From Eledone cirrhosa (lineage: Eukaryota), in the NCBI GenBank assembly GCA_964016885.1, contig OZ024756.1:20708001-20772000 (forward strand): 64,000 bases of DNA. The letters are read 5' to 3'. The translations under genes were made by a program, and so were the position numbers. This document shows positions 1-11,570 of this stretch, piece by piece. The first letter of the stretch is position 1. Each line of letters begins with the position of its first letter. Below the pieces are notes generated by a model, which saw only the letters and a list, made by a program, of their open reading frames with translations, did not search any database and had not been told where the DNA came from.

Positions 1-3000
1 CACACAGTTGTCATCAATGCCTTGTAGATGTTCCACTCAATGCCTTGTAGATGTTCCACTCAATGCCTTGTAGATGTTCCACAACAGTTGTCACCAATGT
101 CTTGTAGATGCTGCACCACACAGTTGTCACCAATGTCTTGTAGATGCTGCACCACACAGTTGTCACCAATGTCTTGTAGATGCTGCACCACACAGTTGTC
201 ACCAATGTCTTGTAGATGCTGCACCACACAGTTGTCACCAATGTCTTGTAGATGCTTCACCACACAGTTGTCACCAATGTCTTGTAGATGCTGCACCACA
301 CAGTTGTCACCAATGTCTTGTAGATGCTGCACCACACAGTTGTCACCAATGTCTTGTAGATGCTGCACCACACAGTTGTCACCAATGTCTCGTAGATCTT
401 CCATCACATAGTTGGCACCACTGTCTCGTAGATGTTCCACCAAACAGTTGTCACCAATGTCTCATAGATCTTCCATCACACAGTTGTCACCAATGTCTCA
501 TAGATCTTCCATCACACAGTTGTCACCAATGTCTCATAGATCTTCCATCACACAGTTGTCACCAATGTCTCGTAGATCTTCCATCACACAGTTGGCACCA
601 GTCTCGTAGATATTCCACCACATAGTTGGCACCAGTCTTGTAGATATTCCACCACATAGTTGGCACCAGTCTTGTAGATATTCCACCACATAGTTGACAA
701 TGTATTCTAGATGTTCCAGGAGTCCTCACTAATGTCCTGTAGATGTTCCAACACAGTTGTCAGTCAGCAGCATAGGTCCCACCACATCTGAAAATGAAAC
801 AAGACATAACTCCTACCTCTTCTTAATGTCTCCACTTCTTTCTGCACAGATGTCACCAGTTACTAGTTATTGTTCCATCATATAGTTGTCACATATGTCC
901 TGTAGATATTCTCTCACCATCGTTCTCAGTAGATGTATAGCTAACAATTCACAAAAACTTCCATTTGATATCCCATCAGTTCTCACCAGCTTCCATTTCA
1001 TGTTCTATTGCAGTCATCTCCATGGAATGTTCAGAGACTTCACTTTTTCATTTATCATACAATGATACCACACACCTGAAAATGAAGCAAAACATACCTC
1101 CATTTATTTCTTCATACATCCAACATCATTATTTTGTAGATCTTCCATTACAGTTGTTACCAATGCCCTGCAGCTGTTCCATCACACAGTTGTCACCAAT
1201 GCCTTGCAGATGTTCCAAGACAGTTGTCACCAGTACTATGTAGATGTTCCAACACACAGATGTCAGCAATGTCTTGTAGATGTTCCATCTTGTCACCAAT
1301 GTCTTGTAGATGTTCCATCTTGTCACCAATGTCCTGCAGCTGTTCCATCACAGTTGTCATCAATGTCTTGTAGATGTTCCACCACACAATTGTCACCCAA
1401 TGTCTTGTAGATGTTCCATGTTGTCACCAATGTCTTGTAGATGTTCCATCTTGTCACCAATGTCCTGCAGCTGTTCCATCACACAGTTGTCATCAATGTC
1501 TTGTAGATGTTCCACCACAGTTGTCACCAGTACATTGTAGATGTTCCATCACACAACTATCACCAATGTTCTGTAGATGTTCCACCACACAATTGTCACC
1601 CAATGTCTTGTAGATCTTCCATCACACAGTTGTCACCAATGTCCTGCAGCTGTTCCACCACACAGTTGTCATCAATGTCCAGCAGATCATTCAGAATCTG
1701 CAGGAAAAACAAACAAAACCTACCTTTACCTCTAGTTCCTTAATACTTTCAGGGATGACACCAGTTTGTAGTTGATGTTCTATGACAAATGTCCTGCAGA
1801 TAGTCATACTTGTCACTTTTCCAGATTCCGGTAGGTGCCACATCACAATTGCCAAGAGATTTCACTAGATGTTTTATTGCTCTCAATTGCCAAGAGATTT
1901 CACTAGATGTTTTATTGCTCTCAATACCAGGTTCACATCATTTTGTAGATCATCCGTCATACAGTTGTCACCAATGTCTTGCTACCAAATTTCTGTAGAT
2001 GCATCATCAGTTGTCACCAATATTGTGTAGATGTTCTATCAGTTATCACCAATATCCTGTAGATGTTCCATCACACAGTTGTCACCAATATCCTGTAGAT
2101 GTTCCATCACACAGTTGTCACCAATATTGTGTAGATGTCCTATCACAGTTGTCACCAAATTTTTTTAGATGCATCATCAGTTGTCACCAATATTGTGTAG
2201 ATGTTCTATCACAGTTGTCACCAATATTGTGTAGATGTTCCATCACACAGTTGTCACCAAATTTCTGTAGATACATCATCAGTTGTCACCAATATCCTGT
2301 AGATGTTCCGTCACAGTTGTCACCAATGTCCTGCAGATATTGTCACCATAGTTGTCACTTGTAGACATTACACTACACAGCTCTCCAACTTCCACCAGAG
2401 TTCTATATGTCTCAAGAAAATGTTCCACCACACCTTTCACTCATTTCCATCCATCATACAAAGATACAACTAACACACCTGAAAAATGAAACAAAATGCA
2501 TTTCCACTGCATGTCTCTCAAGCTATGTTCATATCTTCAAGAATTCATTTAGTCTCGTAGATGTCACATTTCTCAATACACAGCAAATGTTCCATTACAC
2601 AATGTTCTGGAGATATTCCATCACATAGGTGTCACTAGTTTCCAGTAGATGTCTCCACCACTCAGCTTTTCTAGATTTCTATTCCTCATTTAAAGATACC
2701 ACCAACACACCTGAAAATGAAAGAAATTAAACCTCCACATATCTCTTCAGTTGTCACCAAATTCCTGTTGATCTTCATCTTTCAGTATTTAATGTTCCAT
2801 CACAGCTGTCACCAGTTATCACATTGCATATATTTCACCATTCAGTATCTTCTAGTTGTCACCAAGTTCCAGTAGCTGTTGTCACAGGTTTCGTCTCTCA
2901 GTATTGTGTAGATGTTCCACCATACAGTTGTCACCAAGATGTCCTACCTCTCAGCTTCATAACCTTCCATTCATCATTCAGTTGTCCTGGAGCAGGAACA

Positions 3001-3300
3001 TTATCAGCATCCATACAAGATCCATTACACACAAATCTCCCAATGCACATCACCACATTCCAGATGATTCAGTCAGAACTTTTCAGATATTTCTGTAATT
3101 CTTGTCAACCTCCCAGGTCAGCCATGTTTCAGAGGTCCAGTATCACACAAATATTCCCCCTCACTATATCACCAGGCATGTGGTAAACCTGAAAATTAAA
3201 CAAACTTCCACTTCTTGTCCCTCAAGTCACCACCTTAAAAATCCAGATGTTCCATCACATGGTTGTCACCAGATAGTTCATCACAGAATAGCCACCAGGC
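1..3300. repeat. Degenerate ~36-bp minisatellite (CACAGTTGTCACCAATGTCTTGTAGATGYTSCACCA) in several blocks
   Basis: Near-perfect 36-mers at ~85-400; 29-37 bp variants at 1130-1680 and 1940-2370; decaying copies to ~3300. Confidence 0.9.
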
Positions 3301-4069
3301 TCTAGATGGTTCACAAATAGTCATATACCTGAAAATGAAAGAAAATCTACTTCTTGTCTCAAGTCACCAACTTTAAATGTATATATCATGTGAAAGACGA
3401 TGTACCATTCAAATACCAACACAGTTGCCACCATATTTATATTTTCTCTTTAGCTATCACCAATTGAAAGCAATCATAGTTGACACCAAGCACTCATCCC
3501 TAATGTTCTCATACAGTTGCAAACTATAAAAAAAACATCTGGAAAAAAAAATCCTCTTCTTGCTTTTTATCAGGTCAGCAATGAGGTATCACATGATATA
3601 TAAGAGAAAATATTATCCCTTATCACATCAATCTAATTATACTATTAAAAAAAAAAAAATCAATAAAGTAGATGATACAATTTTAAATAATACTTGTTGA
3701 CTATTGTAACCTTTTTTGTTTCTAAAGCCACTGTCAGTCATTTGTGAAAGATGCTCATATCTAGTTTTGTTCCATTATAGTTGTATCAGTCAACAATAAT
3801 CGATACATCACTAGCTGACAAAATGTACCAATCACAGAAAGTCCTAATGGTAGTCTTTCTGTAAGAGAAAATATCTTAAAAGAAAAACTTACTTGTCTTT
3901 TAAGAACATCACCATTTGTCACTCATCAATGCTTTGTCCTATTTGGTAGTCGATATAAATACACCTAAAAACGAACTTTTTTCTCCCATAATTCTGTAAC
4001 TCATAGCAAAGATGTTCCATTTTCCAATCACAGACGTCCTTTTACTTGAAGTTGTCAACGATCATATTA

Positions 4070-4205
4070 TAGTTGCTCCCAGTTTCCAATTACAGATGAT
4101 TATTTGATAGTTGTTCCCAGTTTCCAATCACAGATGATCATTTGATAGTTGCTTCCAGTTTCCAATCACAGATGATCATTTGATAGTTGCTCCCAGTTTC
4201 TAATC
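4070..4205. repeat. 39-bp tandem repeat (AGTTGCTCCCAGTTTCCAATCACAGATGATCATTTGAT)
   Basis: About 3.5 visible copies; resembles the 36-bp unit. Confidence 0.8.
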
Positions 4206-7200
4206 TCAATCCGTTGAAGTTATCAGTTTCCATTCACAGTTGCTAGTGTTTCTTGTCAATCATCCTCATTCACTTTTGCAATAGATAGATGCTCTTTCCC
4301 CTCATGTATACAATAACAGCTCACTCCAAGCATATTCATATACACAGACCTGTAAGAATAACTGAAAAAATCTTTCCCCCATTAAATCTCCTAGGTCAAC
4401 CTGCAATAAAAATGTAGCTAGTCATCAAAATACATCCACCAACTAAAAAATCACAGACTTGCTACTCAGAAATAACAATATACCTGAAAACAAAATTAAG
4501 TCCATTTTTTTTTCCTTTTTAAGTCAGTTATCAGCCATTGCTTAACAAAGATTGTTATATATATAGCATTCACCAATTTGCAGTCAGATGTATACCAGCC
4601 ATAGGTTGAAGCTTACTCTTGCATATATCTGGTGTTAATTATAGATTCTAATCTCAGTTCTCGATTTGAAAATGTATTATCATGATTGCTTTTTTTTTTT
4701 TTTAAACTATTTGTCAAAATCGGTTCAACTATGTTGATTTTTGTACACTTAGTGTTAAAAAAAAAAATCTAAGAATTTTTCATTGTAGTTATTTTATATT
4801 TCACACTAATGCTAATGTGCCTGAAAAGGAAAGAAACCCGTAGTAACAGCTACATTTCTTCATTGTAGCTACACTTAAGTTAACTAGTCCCCCTCTTAGA
4901 AAATCATATATCTAAAACTGAAAAGAAAACTACACTCCATGCAAGTCACATAAGGTTTACAAATGCAGATATTGCTCATCAGCTCTTGGAACATAAAAAA
5001 AAACTAATTAAATATCTCTAATATTGGAACAACCATAGTTAATAGAATGTTCATTACAATTTATTAACTAGTTGATCACTTAAATGAGGCTAGTAATCAG
5101 ATACATTCTACAATTTAAATTTTTCTTCCATCATTTGATGTTGCAAATCTATGTGCAGCCCACAGCAACTGCTAACATTGAAAGTGTCTGCCATGTCACG
5201 TATATGAATTTTACACTAGTAATGTAGCTGCAAATTTTTTTTTAAAAAACGCATCCCATTTTGCTTTTAGATAAGTAGGTTGAAAATTTCCAGTTGCTAA
5301 GTATTAAATCACAAGTGTTAAAGCAAATACTAAAATACCTGAAACAGAAACTTGTGGTTATCGCTTTACGTCTTGCCTATGCCTCATTCCAGCCAATGTT
5401 ATATATTGACAAACTCAAATTTCTACATCAATCAATGCCATGTGCTCTCACATACCTGAAAACTGTTCTTCCCTATTCATTTTGTGTGATTGTAGGCAGA
5501 TTCTCTGTTTGAGCAGAGATCCTTGCACAAACATTGCCTCATCCTATCCAAATATTGTATGGGGGTGTTGAAATTGCAGTCAATACAAAATATTTCTCAA
5601 ATTCATCTCATCAATTATAACTATCTGAAAATGAAAAGAAAATATGCTAGGTGGAGATCACCTAGCAATAAATAGAATTCCTCCCCATCTCCCTGTGAGC
5701 AACTAGCTCTCTTTCCATATGAAGCACTTTCAATAAACAATTATATTGTTAACAAAATTTTACAGAACAAGTTACTAAAAATTGATTCTTTTCCACATTA
5801 CTCTTGCTTTGTAATCTGAATAAAAACCACTTGAAAACTGAAACTGTGTTGGCACTATCTGCATCTAAGTTTTATCTCAACATCTACCATGCAACTCAAC
5901 TCTAATAATTGTTATTTATCAAAGTTGAATTATTTCACTAACACTATCAGACAATCCTGGATACTTTATAAATGGTTTGACACTTGGAAATATGAAAAAA
6001 ACTAACACACCTGTTCTTAGTTACAACCAAGATCCAAATAAATTTTGCAGCCTATGCAGTGTTGAGACTAAAGTCATTTTACTCCCACTGGGATCTTTTC
6101 ATCATATTTTCCTCTGCAGAATGTTATATTGCAATATAATGACATATCTGAAAAAATAAGAAAAGCCATTTCTCCAACCCACACAACTTATTCACCCATA
6201 AATTAACCATTCAATTTATCATACCTGATCAGGAAATGATAATCTGTTTCTGGATATTTCCACACACTGTATCATTTATCTTGCACGTTGTAGTTTTCTG
6301 GAGAATATCTGAAGATGAGAGAAGATGTTTTTTTCGGGCATATGCCTTCTTTGTTGAAAGGCCAATTCTTTAGTAAATTGAAATTTACCTTGTTAGCTTC
6401 AACCACTAATTATAGATGCGTTAGGTTCAAAAAGGAAGGACTCTTGGTATGAATTCGTTCAGGGAGCTGTTGTCTTGAATTACAGATGATTTGCGTATTC
6501 CTTGCGATGTTGATACCTTGCATTTCAATATTTGAGATTTGTCTGTTTACAAGTGTAAAATTGTGAAGCTTGTCTTATCTAGACAGATTTTTTTTAAAAT
6601 GTTTTTACTTTTCTTTGTTGTATGTTTTTAATTGATAGTGTTCACTTGTGTGGGCACAATGCCCAGTTATTAAACTTATGTGATATACTCAGTATTATGC
6701 TGAATGATGTCTGTTAAAATGTATGCAAACCCTTCATTTGAATATTCAAAAGCCACACTTATAATCTAGAACTCAACCAGGACATTCCTGCCACTGCAGT
6801 TGTCTTGGACCACAGACCTAAAAAGGAAAAGATCTTTTTTTGTTCAACTATTTTGTTAAGCTTGAAACAATTCTCAAAGAAAACAATTATACATCCATAA
6901 ATACCACAACTAAGGTATAGGAAAATAGCCAGTTGAACATATCAATGACCATTTTCATAGATTAGGTAGCTTTAATACAAAACTTTGGTTTGGATTTATT
7001 ATGCCTCCTTTTGACACCCCCTCACCAAGTACAAGACTCGAAAAGCTATATGTTGCTTCATTTTAGATACTATGATAATGTTAAGATTTAAGGAAAAGTA
7101 ACTTTTACCTCATTGGGATCACAATATGTCTGCCATTATATATATATATATACACACACATGAAATATACCCTTCACTATGATACTTTTAATGTGAAATG

Positions 7201-7639
7201 CACGAGTAAGATTCGTAATTGTGAGGTTGCGAGTTCAATTCCAGGGCAGAGCTATGCATTGTGTCCTTAAACATGACACTATTTCACACTGCTCTTTCTT
7301 CAAAGGATTGCAACCAGTAGATAGTATCAGCAATGAAAACATTTCCATGGACCATCCAACTCAGTAAATGGATGAGGTCTGAGGTCTTTGTCATTCAACT
7401 TTCACTCTAATTCTTATGTACATGCAACTATAACCGTTTTACATGGAAAAAGGTAAATAAGAATAATAAATCCAATCCAAAGCATGCATTAATTAGTGTA
7501 CTGTGCATTATATCCCCATGACCGTTAGAATTGAACCCTATGTTGTGTATCTAAAAATCCTTTTAAATTTGTATTTTTAAAATGATTTGAAAATCATTCA
7601 CGAGAACAGTTCATATCAGCTAGCACAGCACTACCTGTG

Positions 7640-7729
7640 TTACTGCACCTATATTAGTCTAGTCCACTTGATTTTAGTAGGTACTAATTCAAGTAGACTA
7701 GACTAAATGATAGCTAGTAGAAACAGTAA
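7640..7729 (-). ncRNA. pri-miRNA-like hairpin
   Basis: 18-bp stem 7654-7671/7689-7706 whose single mismatch is a U-G pair on the minus strand; lower stem ctat/atag and ttactg/cagtaa. Confidence 0.4.
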
Positions 7730-9180
7730 TTTACAAGTGCTTAATGTATGAGGTCACGCTTAGTATGTAAGAAAACCCATTGGACCTAGAGATTAGCAAT
7801 ATATCAATGTTATTTATAGATTTCACTGAATGAAATATGAACCTACCTAATGTACGGAACTCAGAAAATACATTAGAATGCAAGTGGTTCCAGCTTCAAT
7901 GGCACCTCTCTGGTCGACCATTACATTTTAGTTTCCTAATAGCACTCCATAGACAATGTATATATATGGCATCCTATCAAATGCTTATTACTCTTAATTT
8001 CTTAATTACATTAAAAAAATTCGTATTAATAGAATTTCCAGATTTAGATTTTTATGCTAAGCAAACTATTTGTGGAGCTAATTACTGATTCATTTAACAG
8101 AATCAGTAATTAGCTCCACACCATATACTAATTAAATAACTGGTTATATAACTTTTCTACTAACAGTAATTAGCTCCACACCATATACTAATTAAATAAC
8201 TGGTTATATAACTTTTCTACTAAAACTTGTGAAATGAATTAGTTATCACTTTTACCAATGTTATACTTTCCAAATCACATACTAATTTAATATCTTTTCT
8301 TATATACAATTTTTACAAAGATTTTGTCAGAAGTGCAACTCAGCTGGTGACAAAACTTACCTTAACCAACAACCATAGCCCAGGAAAATATCGTCATATA
8401 TTGCAGCTGGTTGAATACGACAGCTTGATAAAATTTTCTAACAGCTCCCCAATATCTGATGACCTTTTTGTTTACCCCGTCACAGATAGTCTTTTTAAAA
8501 TTCTTGTAGGTTTGCCGAAGAAGCCGGCCTCGTCTTGCCAGCTCCTGGGCCCCTTGGGCCCCTTTTCAGGCAGGTTACATCATGTGAGGGGGGAAAAAAA
8601 GACACGTATTGGTACAAATTCTAGTACTTTATCAACAAACAATATATATATATATATATTTAAATCAATATCAAGAGTTGTCTGAAGATATCGTTAGAAT
8701 ATGTTATTTGATGGGTGTAGTGTTTACTAATGAATGGTAATGCAATGTATGTAATTCGGAGGGGCACATATACAACACCATTTAACCTCATTCACGATAC
8801 TCTATCATTAAAGCAGCTCTATTGCTGAATAACCAACCAAATATAAAAATGTGTATTCAATAATGGAAGGTTTGAATTGAATATTAAATATACAAATTGT
8901 GGCCAACTCGTCACCTACAAAGATATACACAATAGGAAATCCCTACAAAATCACCCTACGTCTTACTGGAATGTTGCAGTGGCATTTAAATTAAATTTTC
9001 ATTGTTTTAAAAATGTACTAAAATATTACTAGAATTACCATGAACTTTATACCCTTCACCTGACAGTTTAAACCCCTGCCCTAATTGAAGTGTCGTATAC
9101 GGTAACTCCCTTCCATTACTGCGAGTCAAGAGTTGTTCCCCTTTGTACAATCATACTATCACCGCACGACCTGAACCACA

Positions 9181-9458
9181 TTAACCCCTTTTTTTAGCAT
9201 TGAAACCGGCCAGAAATGTCTCATCTGTCCTAATCAGCTATAACTGGCCACTCATACTGATGTTACGGTATTATTCTTAAGATAAATAACATCAAAATCT
9301 CATAGATTCGATATTATAAGGTAGTGTTTACTACCAAAATACAATAGTATATATATAGAGTAATCATTTTACGACCGCTTATCCCTGCTTGCAAGGGTGG
9401 GACGGGTCTTATTCAGCATAGCACCCCTCCACTTGTAATGTAGAATGCTAAAGGGCTA
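9181..9458. mobile_element. piggyBac-like MITE with an inserted RTE-tail fragment (~9362-9437, minus)
   Basis: ttaaccc..tttagcatt / aatgctaaaggg-ctaa ends; internal cccTGCTTGCAAGGG matches the 3' tail of the RTE ending at ~26805. Confidence 0.55.
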
Positions 9459-9924
9459 AATATAATTACGTCACAAATTTACTAAATGTTATTAATACTT
9501 TCAATATTGTTCAGCTAATTCTATAAGAGCCAGCCAAACTAGAATTAACCTTCAAATTAAATTCCCAATTACTTGTTAATAACGAGCTCTAAGGGAAACA
9601 ACTCGTACCAGTAATTCCTCTACAACCACCTACACCAACAATTTGGTGCTTTACATTACAAGCTAACAGTTATCAATAGTTAAATTAAGCCACGTGCCAT
9701 CATCTAACACCCACAAAAATACACAAGTCATCATATTACATACACACCATTCGTGTCACATTCACAAAGGAATTATTACATCAATGACAAAAGTAAAATA
9801 CCAGGGTTTTACCTGAACTCTCAGGACATCCTTTCTTGTATCTCTATATTTACATATATATCATGGGGAGACAAGAGCCTGGACAAGACAAAGGGCCTGG
9901 GTCCATAGCCAAACTGGCGGCAAA

Positions 9925-9955
9925 CCGTGGACCGGAGCCGGAAGAAATGACAGAC
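9925..9955 (-). promoter_or_regulatory. ETS-type site (CCGGAAG) in a GC/CpG-rich patch; candidate promoter or first exon of the minus-strand unit
   Basis: ggagccggaagaaat; donor CAG|gtaaaa at 9813 lies downstream on the minus strand. Confidence 0.3.
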
Positions 9956-10411
9956 CATGCCGTAGTCTCAACAGGCTTCCAAGGGTGGACACTCTGCAGC
10001 CATAAAATACAAGCAAATTGCGTAGACAAACGAAAAAAAATGCTTTTTAATCATCACACAAGCAAGCATACGATTGTAACAAGTCATGTCATAAAATATT
10101 ACGTTTCACTAAGATCTTATCAAAAAAATCTTCCCAAGATCCCTCCAAATACCGATTTTCAAACCAAAAAGGTCTTTTGTAATGGAGATACATTTATATG
10201 TACAATCTCCATTTCTGTATATTTTGTCGGTTTATCTAAAGGCATTAACATCCGATTAGACTTTAATATCTTCAGGATGTATATACACCATATAAATGTT
10301 ATCACTCTAATGTTAAATACAAAGAGTCATTATATGTGTTGGATGAACAGAAATAAATAATCTGGGGCTGTTGATGTCCATTGTCAAATAGCAATCATAC
10401 ATACAGTAAGT

Positions 10412-11150
10412 TATATATATAGACATACATACATATACATTTATATGTACGTACATACATACATACATATACATATATGTACGTACATACATACATACAT
10501 ATATATATACGTACGTACATACATATATATGTACGTACATACATATATATGTACGTACATACATATATATGTACATACATACATATATATGTACATACAT
10601 ATATATGTACGTACATACATACATATATATGTACGTACATACATACATATATATGTACGTACATACATATATATGTACGTACATACATATATATATATGT
10701 ACGTACATACATATATATATATGTACGTACATACATATATATATGTACGTACATACATATATATATATGTACGTACATACATATATATATATGTACGTAC
10801 ATACATATATATATATGTACGTACATACATATATATATGTACGTACATACATATATATATATGTACGTACATACATATATATATATGTACATACATACAT
10901 TTATATGTACGTACATACATACATTTATATGTACGTACATACATACATTTATATGTACATACATACATACATATATATGTACATACATACATACATACAT
11001 ATGTACATACATACATATATATGTACATACATACATATATATGTACATACATACATATATATGTACATACATACATATATATGTACATACATACATATAT
11101 ATGTACATACATACATATATATGTACGTACATACATACATATATATGTAG
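10412..11150. repeat. Compound (TA)/(TACA)/TACGTA microsatellite
   Basis: Direct reading. Confidence 0.95.
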
Positions 11151-11254
11151 ATAAATACATAGACGCACACAATTAAATTTAAAATATACATTTTTTTAAA
11201 TTCAGTCATTTATATTATCGGGTAAAAAACTAATTCGTCAGTTAAAACAATAAA

Positions 11255-11570
11255 AAGGGCGTAGCCCAATTACGTCATTCCAAATATGGAAGTCTAAGTA
11301 GATTTCAGTAAAAACAAAGGAAATGTATTCTTCAACAAGCATTTTTACAACTACTACGTACAAAAATTTACCATTATAAACTATAAAATAAAAACGTTAA
11401 ATTGTTATTTACTCCATTACTGTCGACAAAAGAGGTCAGTCACGAGCTATTATCAAAGACGTAGAAGAGAATCAAAATGGCGTCTCAAGGACACACGACC
11501 TTTACAAGCACAACTTACTTTACCCCACACACGTCACTCGTTTATTTTATCACTCACAGTAGTAAGCAGG
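11255..11570 (+). promoter_or_regulatory. Candidate plus-strand promoter and first exon
   Basis: GGGCGTAG, CCAAT and TTACGTCAT clustered at 11257-11280; YY1-like AAAATGGCG at ~11474; donor-like gtaagc at 11561. Confidence 0.3.

Larger units (their letters stand above)
1..9950 (-). ncRNA. Putative spliced long non-coding transcription unit (runs off the left edge)
   Basis: Donors at 9813, 8361, 7109, 6389, 6225; short GT-AG introns 6309-6388 (80 nt) and 6148-6224 (77 nt); about 20 acceptors; no minus-strand ORF >=60 aa between 1400 and 10300; CpG-poor body becoming CpG-containing at ~8400-10000. Confidence 0.45.

Noticed and set aside
1-2370. CRISPR-like array or Cys/His-rich repeat proteins from the 36-bp repeats
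   Set aside because: Units are contiguous with no unique spacers, there are no cas genes, and the context is eukaryotic; ORFs are open in several frames and broken by non-triplet unit lengths.
3300-10100. C/D-box snoRNAs in the putative host gene
   Set aside because: No RTGATGA...CTGA pair with suitable spacing and terminal stem found by eye; H/ACA RNAs could not be assessed.
10313-11209. Long YI/YM/HT-rich ORFs (also 22056-24884, 50825-51625, 55217-55800)
   Set aside because: Translations of stop-free microsatellites.
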